Source: an archaeon
Lineage (GTDB): Archaea > SpSt-1190 > DYHY01
Direction: 5' to 3'
Assembly (NCBI GenBank): GCA_043803745.1
Contig: JAZDJS010000048.1
Span: forward strand, 1 to 64,000
DNA length: 64,000 nucleotides
Shown here: positions 48,302 through 56,282 of the stretch, piece after piece
How the letters are laid out: the number at the start of each line of letters is the position of its first letter
Numbering within the stretch: the first letter of the stretch is position 1
The notes under the pieces: generated by a model
Database searches by the model: none
The model's input: the letters and a program-made list of their open reading frames with translations, nothing else
What the model was told of the DNA's origin: nothing
Translations under genes and position numbers: made by a program

Positions 48302-49282
48302 ATGGCGGAACGCCCTGCGGAGAAGAACAGGAAAAAGGGGAACCCTGCGAAAATTCTTTCGGGCAGGAAGAACATACTCGTCCTCACACACAAGAACGCG
48401 GACCTCGACGCTTTCGCGTCAGCCGTAATTGTTTCCGATGCTTTCGAGGGGAGAATTGTCGCGCCGGGGGGCGCCGGGAAGCCTGCAAAGGAAGCTGCTG
48501 AGAAGCTTGGCATTGAGATTCTTTCGGAAATCCCCGAAGGCTCGTTCTCCGCAACCGTTGTCGTCGACTGTTCCTCGGAAAGCCAGATTGAGCCCCTTCT
48601 GGCAAGCGCGCTTCCGAAGCCGCTCGTTGTCTTCGACCATCACCTGCCGAAGGAGGGCGAAGGAAGCCTCCTTGAAATTGCGGAAGGCTATTTCGTTGAC
48701 GAGCAGCCCTCCTGCGTTGAGGTCGTCCTCGGTTTCTTTCCGGTCCTTTCGAAGCGCTCCCGCACCGCAGCAATTTCGGGGATTTACGCTGACACGCGCC
48801 ATCTTGCGCTTGCAAGGGTCGGGACCCTCCAGAAAATAATCGAACTTTCCCTGGGCGAGGAGGATTTGCTTTCCGAGGGGAAAAACCTCGCGTCGGGAAG
48901 GCCGGAATTCTCCCAGAGGTTTGCCGTGATAAAAAGCCTCCAGAAGCTCAGGTTCGAGCGCCTCGAGGATGAGACGATTCTCGCCACAACGGTTGCGGGA
49001 AGCTTCGAGTCGGTCGCGGCAGGAATGCTTGTTTCAGCGGGGGCGGACATCTCGCTTGTTGCGGTTGCAAAAGAGGGGGAAGTCAGGATTTCCGGGCGCA
49101 CATCGAACAAAATGAAGGACCGGCTCCATCTCGGTCAGCTTTTCCAGAAGCTCGGGGGCGGGGGGCATCCTGGCGCGGCGCTAGCCAACATCCCGGTGAA
49201 AAGCAAGAGGCCTTCCGATTCCGACGTTGAAAACGCGTTATCTTCCGCAGCAAACCTTATAAAGGATTTTTTGGGCTCTTGA
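48302..49282 (+). CDS. DHH family phosphoesterase (NrnA-like)
   Basis: HKNADLDA, VVD, FDHH, GIYADT, GGGHPGAA. Confidence 0.92.
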   Translation: MAERPAEKNRKKGNPAKILSGRKNILVLTHKNADLDAFASAVIVSDAFEGRIVAPGGAGKPAKEAAEKLGIEILSEIPEGSFSATVVVDCSSESQIEPLLASALPKPLVVFDHHLPKEGEGSLLEIAEGYFVDEQPSCVEVVLGFFPVLSKRSRTAAISGIYADTRHLALARVGTLQKIIELSLGEEDLLSEGKNLASGRPEFSQRFAVIKSLQKLRFERLEDETILATTVAGSFESVAAGMLVSAGADISLVAVAKEGEVRISGRTSNKMKDRLHLGQLFQKLGGGGHPGAALANIPVKSKRPSDSDVENALSSAANLIKDFLGS

Positions 49283-49323
49283 ACGTTCAAAGAAAAGATG
49301 ACGGAGGTCCAGACACGTTCAGA

Positions 49324-49713
49324 ATGGCAGCGCACCCTATTGAAAGCCTTAACCGCACCTCTCCGGCGGCATTGGCAAAAAGCACCCTTGCCGAATACAA
49401 CCAGGCAATTGGGATTCTTTCTGAAATAAGCAAGGATGCCCAGGTTCCAAAAGGCGTGAGGAAGCGGATTGAGGACATCGTAATCAAGCTTGGGGCGGCG
49501 GATAGGTCCCTCCAGGTGAAGATAAACTCCTGCACATACCTTCTTGACGATGTCAGCAACGACCCGAGCCTTCCGCCGCACACCCGGACGTTCATCTGGC
49601 AGGTTGCCGGCCTTTTGGAGGCTACCGGGAAGCGGATTCAGCTTGTGAAGGCGGCCGCCTCTTCGGGGACTGTGTCGGGGACTGTGTCGGGGACTGTGTC
49701 GGGGACCAAGTAA
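49324..49713 (+). CDS. UPF0147 family protein
   Basis: D..VPKGVR, LDDVSNDPSLP.HTRT.IW. Confidence 0.88.
   Translation: MAAHPIESLNRTSPAALAKSTLAEYNQAIGILSEISKDAQVPKGVRKRIEDIVIKLGAADRSLQVKINSCTYLLDDVSNDPSLPPHTRTFIWQVAGLLEATGKRIQLVKAAASSGTVSGTVSGTVSGTK
49663..49706 (+). repeat. 12-bp tandem repeat TCGGGGACTGTG x3.7 (SGTV)
   Basis: Perfect repeat at the C-terminus of the UPF0147 gene. Confidence 0.92.
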
Positions 49714-49826
49714 GAGGGGGTTCCGGGGGGGCTTGGAGCAACCATTCCGGAACCGCACAAGAGCATATGCGGAAAGTATTAAATAACCGTGTTCCCTTGG
49801 GTTAGCGAGAAGGTGTTAGCATCAAG

Positions 49827-50213
49827 ATGGTAATGAAAAGAATCAAGGAATTTTTCAGCAAGGTTTCCCACGGGGGAAAGAATCCTGACCAGCAAAAGGC
49901 GCAGCCCGAGAAAAGGGAAGCGCCCGCCCTGGTCAGAATAGACGTAAAGAACGTTGAAAAGGAACCGCTCGCACTGCAGGTCGTGAAACTCCAGAATTTC
50001 TCCGATACAGAGGGGATCCTCGACTCCCTCCGGGGCGGAAAGCGCATTCTCCTGGTGAAAATCTCAGGGCTCAAGGAAAAGGACATGACCGAGCTCAAGC
50101 GCGCGATAAACCGGTTCAAGACCCATTGCGCGGCAACTGGCGCGGATCTGGCTGCAATTGACGAAAGCTGGATAATTCTCGTTCCTCCCGTCGTTGGTCT
50201 TGAGAGAGTCTAG
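49827..50213 (+). CDS. sepF: cell division protein SepF (archaeal)
   Basis: L..FSD...ILD.LR.G..ILLV.I..L......ELKRAI..K......AD......WII..P. Confidence 0.85.
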   Translation: MVMKRIKEFFSKVSHGGKNPDQQKAQPEKREAPALVRIDVKNVEKEPLALQVVKLQNFSDTEGILDSLRGGKRILLVKISGLKEKDMTELKRAINRFKTHCAATGADLAAIDESWIILVPPVVGLERV

Positions 50214-50302
50214 ATAGATCCGGGGGGCAGGAAAAGCGTTGTCCTGGCTCGAAAGCCGGATGCTCTGAAGAGCAAACTGGGGGGCGGAGCCCTGCGGTTC
50301 CG

Positions 50303-50356
50303 GACGAAAGCTGGATAATTCTCGTTCCTCCCGTCGTCGGGCTGGAAAGGGTTTGA
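50303..50356 (+). pseudogene. synonymously recoded duplicate of the sepF 3' end
   Basis: 35 bp identical to 50160-50194, then six codons differing only at position 3 and TAG>TGA; same peptide DESWIILVPPVVGLERV*. Confidence 0.9.
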
Positions 50357-50417
50357 TATTCAAGCAGCCGCGATTTGAGCGAGATAACTATTTAAGAATG
50401 AATAATTACTCGGCTGC

Positions 50418-51080
50418 ATGGCGGAACTTCGAGTATTGGAAACGACCGACTTGGAAACCTTCCAGAGCTATCTTGAAACTTGGCGCCCGCCGGAGGCGGT
50501 GCTTGTAAGCAACGGCCCTGATGCTCCGAAAACTGCGGAGTTCATCCAGCAAATTGGCGAAGGCACCCATTTTCTTTTCGCTTACACGGCAGCGCCCGAG
50601 GAAAACCTGCTTGAAGCGCTTTCAGGCAGAGGCGTGCTGTGTGTTGAGGGAAATTTCCTTGTATACGGGGCTGACGAACGCGAGAATGTTTCCGGAACTG
50701 CACTGAAAACCCATTCAAGGTTCTTCGGAGATTCTCTTGCCATTTACCAGGTCTTCGGGCCTGTCTGCTCTGCTGAGCTTCCTGCAACTGATTGCGATGA
50801 GGTTGTTGCCGGGAACCTGAAATGGCTCGATGCGCTCAAGGTTCGCGGGATAAAAACGGCTGAAACTTTCGGCTGCGGCGGATGCTGCTCACGGGCGGTT
50901 GCGCTTGCTGATGACGTGGTTTCCTTGATTACCCAGCTTCCTCCGGAATATTCCGGGAACCCTTCCGGCTGGGCGCGCGAGGTTCTTGGCGGGGTGCAGA
51001 TTCGCCCCGGAAAATACGCGGCAAAACAGGTTCCGCAGTATTGCGAGGGCGTTCCGGTCGGCGCGCTGCTCCTGCGATAA
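50418..51080 (+). CDS. hypothetical protein (paralogue A)
   Basis: Shares PPE.VL, LAIYQ.FG and T..P..Y.G.P..W...VL with the next gene. Confidence 0.7.
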   Translation: MAELRVLETTDLETFQSYLETWRPPEAVLVSNGPDAPKTAEFIQQIGEGTHFLFAYTAAPEENLLEALSGRGVLCVEGNFLVYGADERENVSGTALKTHSRFFGDSLAIYQVFGPVCSAELPATDCDEVVAGNLKWLDALKVRGIKTAETFGCGGCCSRAVALADDVVSLITQLPPEYSGNPSGWAREVLGGVQIRPGKYAAKQVPQYCEGVPVGALLLR

Positions 51081-51141
51081 GCGCCATTTTTAAATGGTTA
51101 AAATGGGAAAGGGTTATAAGTTTGGCTTGGGCCGCACGGAT

Positions 51142-51786
51142 ATGAAGATACACCTCGTTGATGCCGGTTCAGCTGAGGGATTCAACCAGAAAGTGAGGCA
51201 ATACAAGCCGCCTGAAGTTGTTCTTGACGAAAACAGCAATTTGTATTTCGTTGCCGGGAAACCTGGAAAAAGGACGGTTTATTTCGCGCATTCAAGCGAA
51301 TCCCGCATACGGACTGCTGAAGGGACCCCGGCGCACGTTGTTTCGGGCTCCCTGAAAATAGGAAAGTTCGAAAAGGCCCACAGGGCGAACGGACGGACTG
51401 TTGTCCTTGAGGGCGGGGAAGATTTGGCAATCTATCAGTTTTTCGGCCGCCCCGAAACTCCCGAAGGAAAAATCCAGCTTGGCTCGGCTGAATGGGCGCG
51501 GGCGATTGGGGAACGCGGGCTTTGCGCGTCTGACGCAATAGCATATTCGGCTGGCGAGAAACGGATTGCGGAAATCAACGCTGATAAGAGTTGGTTCTTC
51601 CTGACCAGATTTCCGAGGGACTATCCGGGAGGGCCGAACAAATGGCTGGAGAATGTCTTGAATGTTGAAATTGTGCCTGATGCGATGGGACATGACAACA
51701 GGCATCTGAATTACCTGGAAGCGCGCGGTCCGATAGGCGTTTATGCGGAAGTTGCGAGAGGAAAAAATCGCGCACAACCTGCCTGA
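51142..51786 (+). CDS. hypothetical protein (paralogue B)
   Basis: ATG at 51142 after TTATAAG; same shared motifs. Confidence 0.7.
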   Translation: MKIHLVDAGSAEGFNQKVRQYKPPEVVLDENSNLYFVAGKPGKRTVYFAHSSESRIRTAEGTPAHVVSGSLKIGKFEKAHRANGRTVVLEGGEDLAIYQFFGRPETPEGKIQLGSAEWARAIGERGLCASDAIAYSAGEKRIAEINADKSWFFLTRFPRDYPGGPNKWLENVLNVEIVPDAMGHDNRHLNYLEARGPIGVYAEVARGKNRAQPA

Positions 51787-51845
51787 TTGGCTGGCTTTTC
51801 GCTCTGAGAAAACCTTAAATACCCAAAAAATGCCCGCTTAACCCG

Positions 51846-52061
51846 ATGGCTGTTGATTCAGACAAGCTCACACGATTCGAAAAGGCAAGGGTCCTCGGCG
51901 CCCGGGCGCTGCAGGTTTCCCTTGGCGCACCAGTCCTGATAAAAACGAATGAAATAAACCCCGTCGAGATTGCCCGGCAGGAGCTTGCGAGAAGCGCGAT
52001 AAAAATTCTCGTGATCCGGAAGAATTCGGACGGTTCCGAGGAAACCTTGGAGGCATCCTGA
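51846..52061 (+). CDS. rpoK: DNA-directed RNA polymerase subunit K (Rpo6)
   Basis: LTRFEKARVLGARALQVSLGAP. Confidence 0.96.
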   Translation: MAVDSDKLTRFEKARVLGARALQVSLGAPVLIKTNEINPVEIARQELARSAIKILVIRKNSDGSEETLEAS

Positions 52062-52063
52062 GA

Positions 52064-52435
52064 ATGGGAAAAGTCCGCATCCTTCTGATAAAGCGAATTG
52101 CGAGGAAGATGGTTGAGCAGAGCCCTGAAAAGTTTTCAAGGGATTTCGAGCAGAACAAGAAATCCCTTGCCGATCTCAAGCTCACCCTTCGGCTGCGGAA
52201 CAGGGTTGCGGGATATATCTCAGCCCTCCTTACGCCGTCAAAGCTTCCCAATGCCCTTGGTGAGGAAAAGCCGCTTAGCGAGGAGGAATTCTCCGAAGGG
52301 GCTGTTTTCGACCAGGAAGGCACGCCGGTAAACCAGGAAAAGTCTCCCCAGGAACAGGAAATTGAAGCTGAAGCTAGGGCGTCCGCCAAGGCGTCCGCCA
52401 AAGCTGCTGCTGCGGCGGGGACTGCTGCCAAGTAA
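52064..52435 (+). CDS. rps17e: 30S ribosomal protein S17e with an acidic/Ala-rich C-terminal extension
   Basis: MGKVR...IKR...F..DFE.NK...LRNRVAGYI. Confidence 0.93.
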   Translation: MGKVRILLIKRIARKMVEQSPEKFSRDFEQNKKSLADLKLTLRLRNRVAGYISALLTPSKLPNALGEEKPLSEEEFSEGAVFDQEGTPVNQEKSPQEQEIEAEARASAKASAKAAAAAGTAAK

Positions 52436-52462
52436 GACGGAGCCGCTTTCCCGCTGCAAGGA

Positions 52463-52813
52463 TTATTTCAAGCCGAGTTCGGCCCGCGCGTTTGCAACTG
52501 ATTCATTTATCGCCTGGATTGCGCTTGAATAGATTTCGTTCACCCGCGCTTCATATGAGCCGGGCCTTGCATACGGATACGGAAGGTCTGCTTCCGTGAC
52601 CGCAATAGGTTCGAAAATTTGCGTCTGCACAACGCTCCTGACCGGGTCGGAGGAAAGCGCAACAGGCCCCGAGCCTGCGGAACCCCCCGAATATTTCGTC
52701 CTTTCGGCATATGCTTTCATTGCCGCTTTCACGTCGCCCCTGCCGCGCCTAGACCCCGACAAAGAGTCAGTTTTGTCAGCGCCTTCAATTCCAAAAAGGT
52801 CTTCGCCTCCCAT
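52463..52813 (-). CDS. hypothetical protein
   Basis: 116-aa ORF with ATG start. Confidence 0.55.
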   Translation of the reverse strand: MGGEDLFGIEGADKTDSLSGSRRGRGDVKAAMKAYAERTKYSGGSAGSGPVALSSDPVRSVVQTQIFEPIAVTEADLPYPYARPGSYEARVNEIYSSAIQAINESVANARAELGLK

Positions 52814-53148
52814 TTTTCCCTTCAGTCTCCCAAGGGGACTTTTTGATATCCCCCTAAGAAAACATAACTGACCCAGGTCAATTATAGTAATTTAGTTAGA
52901 CTGTTCAGGGGTAAGACCTTAAAAGTACAACCAGGAAAAAGAAGCTGAAAATTCAGATTTCAATCTCTTATTGGGTCAATCTGATGTGTTTGCTAGACTA
53001 TGAAGTTTGTCCGTGCGTTTCGATTGTTCCAGGTCGAAAAAACTGAATTCCTTCCTCATTCCTGCCAAAGGAGGAATAACAAAAAGGAGGTTTTGGCCCA
53101 ATTTAAAAACAAACAATTATATGTTAGTTGGCCCATATTAGGTAAATT

Positions 53149-53517
53149 ATGGCAGCGACGGATGAAAATGTTTTTGCAGTTCTTGATTACCTGGGGCTTA
53201 CGACACACAAGGCCGAATATCAGAAAGTTGCCCAGGCGCTCTCATATATCAAGCGCACGTTCAAGGTCAAGGAAGAATTCAAGCTGAATCAGATAATGAG
53301 GCCCCTTGCGGTTGAGCAGAACAACAGGAAATGGCTCCGGACGCTTCTGTCGAAAATGGTTGAGCGGGGATATCTTTACAGGCCGTCATCGAAGAAATAT
53401 GCAAAGGCATACGACTCTTTCGCAAACTGGCTCTCGGTTGCGCACGGGAAAATAGACCAGATTGAGAACTCCGACCCGCAGCCTGCCGCGGCTGCGCCCC
53501 AGCAAGTTGTCCAATGA
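53149..53517 (+). CDS. putative winged-helix DNA-binding protein
   Basis: LRTLLSKMVERGYL....KKY wing pattern. Confidence 0.6.
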   Translation: MAATDENVFAVLDYLGLTTHKAEYQKVAQALSYIKRTFKVKEEFKLNQIMRPLAVEQNNRKWLRTLLSKMVERGYLYRPSSKKYAKAYDSFANWLSVAHGKIDQIENSDPQPAAAAPQQVVQ

Positions 53518-54563
53518 TCATGAAGGCGTGCTGCTTTTTCGCTTCGAACATTGACCGGGATTTCCCCCTTGAAAGAATCTTTTCCGAACTCCCCTCCTCA
53601 CTCAGGCAGCGCATCAACCCTCTTGTCAGGAACGGCGCGGGGGAGGAGATTGTTTTGGACGCGCCCCTTCCGGACTTTTCAGTTAAGGGAACCGACGGGC
53701 TTGGCGGGCAGTCGGGAAACTCCGCAAGAGCCCTCGGAACCCTTGGAGTTGAAACTTTCCTCTCAGTCGGTCGGGGACGGGCTGCGCTTCGCAGGTTCGC
53801 GGGAAAAAACGTGAGAGTGATTGGTCCGGAAGGTGTGCCGCGGATACACGCAATACTCGAGTATGGAAAGGGCTTTCTTGGCGCGCCGAATCCCAACCGG
53901 ATAATCCTGACCTATGACCCCGAGAACACGAAGGGAACTGTTCCGGAAAGCTTTGAAAAAAAAGTCCTGGCTGAAGGGGAGCTCTCCTTCGCGCTCGTCG
54001 GGGGGCTCCATCTTGCGGGGAACTGTTCGAGGGCGATTTCCCTCGCAAAGAAACTCCGCGCCCGCGGAGCATTCACGCATTTCGAATTCAATTCCAAGGA
54101 AGGCCTTGACTGGCGCACCCTGATTGGGCGCACGAAGGGGGCCTTCGATTCTTTCGGCTGCAATTCCGAGGAAGCCGAGAAAATCTGCGGGAAGGATTAT
54201 TGGAGTCTCCCTGAGATTGCCGGCGCGGAAATAGCCGTCGTCCATTCGCGTGGAAAAAGCGTCGCAGTTTTCAGGACGGGTTCGCTCAGTCCGAACGAAG
54301 TTTCTGCAGCGCTCTCGTTTGCCGCAAAGCTTGCGGCCGGGAAGGTTTTTTCCGGGAAGGATTGCTCCATCCGGATGCTGGGCTCCCTTGAAAAGGCGGG
54401 GAAAATTTCGGCTGGCGGAAGGGCGCACGTCGCTGAAAGGTCCGGAATTGTCAAAGTCGAGGTTCCCAGCTGGACTGTTTCGGCAAGCGAAAAAACCTCC
54501 CTCGGATTGGGTGATTCGTTCGCGGCAGGGTTCGTTTATTCTCTGTTCAGTTGCGTGAAATAG
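53514..54563 (+). CDS. ADP-dependent glucokinase/phosphofructokinase family protein
   Basis: NID, GGQSGNSA, IHAILEY..G, NRII, HFE, N.EE, SLGLGDSF. Confidence 0.85.
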   Translation: MIMKACCFFASNIDRDFPLERIFSELPSSLRQRINPLVRNGAGEEIVLDAPLPDFSVKGTDGLGGQSGNSARALGTLGVETFLSVGRGRAALRRFAGKNVRVIGPEGVPRIHAILEYGKGFLGAPNPNRIILTYDPENTKGTVPESFEKKVLAEGELSFALVGGLHLAGNCSRAISLAKKLRARGAFTHFEFNSKEGLDWRTLIGRTKGAFDSFGCNSEEAEKICGKDYWSLPEIAGAEIAVVHSRGKSVAVFRTGSLSPNEVSAALSFAAKLAAGKVFSGKDCSIRMLGSLEKAGKISAGGRAHVAERSGIVKVEVPSWTVSASEKTSLGLGDSFAAGFVYSLFSCVK

Positions 54564-55629
54564 GCCCGCCGACAATCTGGTGCTCCGCCCCGGAAACGGT
54601 CGTTCCCTCGGAGATTTCAGCCCCTTCCGAAACGATGCAATTCTGCAGGGCGCAGCCATCCTCTATTTTCGCGCCGGGAAAGATAAGGCAGTTCTCAAGG
54701 AGAGAATTGTCCCCGACAGTCGCCCCGCCCATCACGTGGTTGTGCTTTTCGAAAACGACGTTCTCGCCGATTTCCGCGCCAGCTTCCACAAGCGTCGGAC
54801 CCCTTGCAATGATTCCCTTGCCGAGCTTCGCACCCTTTGCGAAATATGGCTTTCCGAGGAGCCGCTTCCCGAGCATGAACTCGTTCGCAAGGAAATATCC
54901 CTGCGGCTTGCCGATGTCAATCCAGAACTCCGGGGAAACGAACCCCCCGAGGTAATGTCCGCGCCCGAGAAGATGCTCCCAAATCTGCCCGAGGTTATCC
55001 GGCTTTTCCCCGCGCGCCCGGAGGGCTGAGACGTACTCCGGCACGTGTCTTGAGAAGAAATCCGGGGAAACGAAGTACATTGCGGTTGAAATAAGGTCGG
55101 AGGGGGGTTCCTTAGGCTTTTCGTGGAACCGGACTATCTTTCCGCCCGGAAGAATTTCGGCAATCCCCATCTGGGAGAGGAGTTCCCGGTGCGGGAACTT
55201 GTAAAGACCAATCGATGCTTCGGCGCCGGTTTCCCTATGGCGCTGGAACATTCCCCGGAAATCGAAATAGGGCGAGAAATTGTCAGCCCCGACAATCAGG
55301 GTGTCCTGGTTGAAATTTGTCTGGCTTGCAATGAACTCAAGCGCTCCGACCGCGCCAAGCTTCTGGTTCTCGTTCCCGGTCTTTTCAACAACGAAGGAGA
55401 CCTCGTCAAGTCCGAACTGCTTCCCGCTCCCTATGTGGTTCCTCAGGCGCTCGTGAAAAGTGTCGTTGACTGAAAGCGTCACATCCCTGAAACCGTTCCT
55501 GGAAAGGTTCTCAAGGAGGTAATCTATCGCCGGCTTGCCCAAAATGGGAAGGAGTTCCTTCGGGGTTTTCAGGGTAAGCGGTCGAAGGCGGGTCCCGTAG
55601 CCTCCTGCGAGAACGAGGACCTGGTTCAT
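54547..55629 (-). CDS. NDP-sugar pyrophosphorylase (nucleotidyltransferase plus LbH domain)
   Basis: LAGGYGTRLRPLT...PK, F.EKP, WIDIG, hexapeptide repeats. Confidence 0.92.
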   Translation of the reverse strand: MNQVLVLAGGYGTRLRPLTLKTPKELLPILGKPAIDYLLENLSRNGFRDVTLSVNDTFHERLRNHIGSGKQFGLDEVSFVVEKTGNENQKLGAVGALEFIASQTNFNQDTLIVGADNFSPYFDFRGMFQRHRETGAEASIGLYKFPHRELLSQMGIAEILPGGKIVRFHEKPKEPPSDLISTAMYFVSPDFFSRHVPEYVSALRARGEKPDNLGQIWEHLLGRGHYLGGFVSPEFWIDIGKPQGYFLANEFMLGKRLLGKPYFAKGAKLGKGIIARGPTLVEAGAEIGENVVFEKHNHVMGGATVGDNSLLENCLIFPGAKIEDGCALQNCIVSEGAEISEGTTVSGAEHQIVGGPISRN

Positions 55630-55726
55630 CCAGTTAACGTAATACACTGTAATATAAACTTTCTTCTTGGCCCTTGAAAGGGCTTTCCAGCAGTTTCAAT
55701 TGATGGGGGATAAATAAAAGATTGAC

Positions 55727-56203
55727 GTGAGCGCTTGGATGCCCTCGGAACCGTCCTCGGAACCGTCCTCGGAACCTCAGAAAGAAGTGCTCCTAATTTA
55801 CTCGGTGAACGGGAACGAAATCGGGAAAATGCTCGCAAGCGAAGAGGGCGTTGTTGTTGATTTCGGCGGCGAGCAGAAGCTGGAATTCCCGCGCCGGGAA
55901 GTAAAGGCCGCGAACGCAATGCGCGTCGGAAGGATAGGGCTTGACAGCTACGTGATGCGGATATTCATCTCAACGGTCCTTGCAGCAAAGCTCAGGAAGG
56001 AGTTCTCGGAAATAAAACTCGTCAATCCCGAAGGGATTCCATACCCTCCGGCATTCTCCGGGACAATTACAGGGGAATACGCAGAATTCTTCATATCATC
56101 CAAGGATGTCTTCGGCGTGAATGCGCGGGGCGCCCCGGCCGCAAGAGCTTTCATGAACGTTGTCAACGGAACGAGCCCGGAAAGGCTGAGATTACCTGAA
56201 TAG
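55727..56203 (+). CDS. hypothetical protein
   Basis: 158-aa ORF; N-terminal SEPS repeat. Confidence 0.55.
   Translation: MSAWMPSEPSSEPSSEPQKEVLLIYSVNGNEIGKMLASEEGVVVDFGGEQKLEFPRREVKAANAMRVGRIGLDSYVMRIFISTVLAAKLRKEFSEIKLVNPEGIPYPPAFSGTITGEYAEFFISSKDVFGVNARGAPAARAFMNVVNGTSPERLRLPE
55743..55776 (+). repeat. 12-bp tandem repeat CCTCGGAACCGT x2.8
   Basis: Seen directly. Confidence 0.9.
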
Positions 56204-56282
56204 GCAACCGAAGTCTCTGGAGTGAAGCGGAGCAAAATCCAACGAAATCGGAAAACTTAAAATGTTGTGGTGTAGGGAAAAG

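Noticed and set aside
49719-49754. GC-rich stem after the UPF0147 gene as a tRNA
   Set aside because: A single hairpin (GGTTCCGG/CCGGAACC) with no cloverleaf or T-loop.
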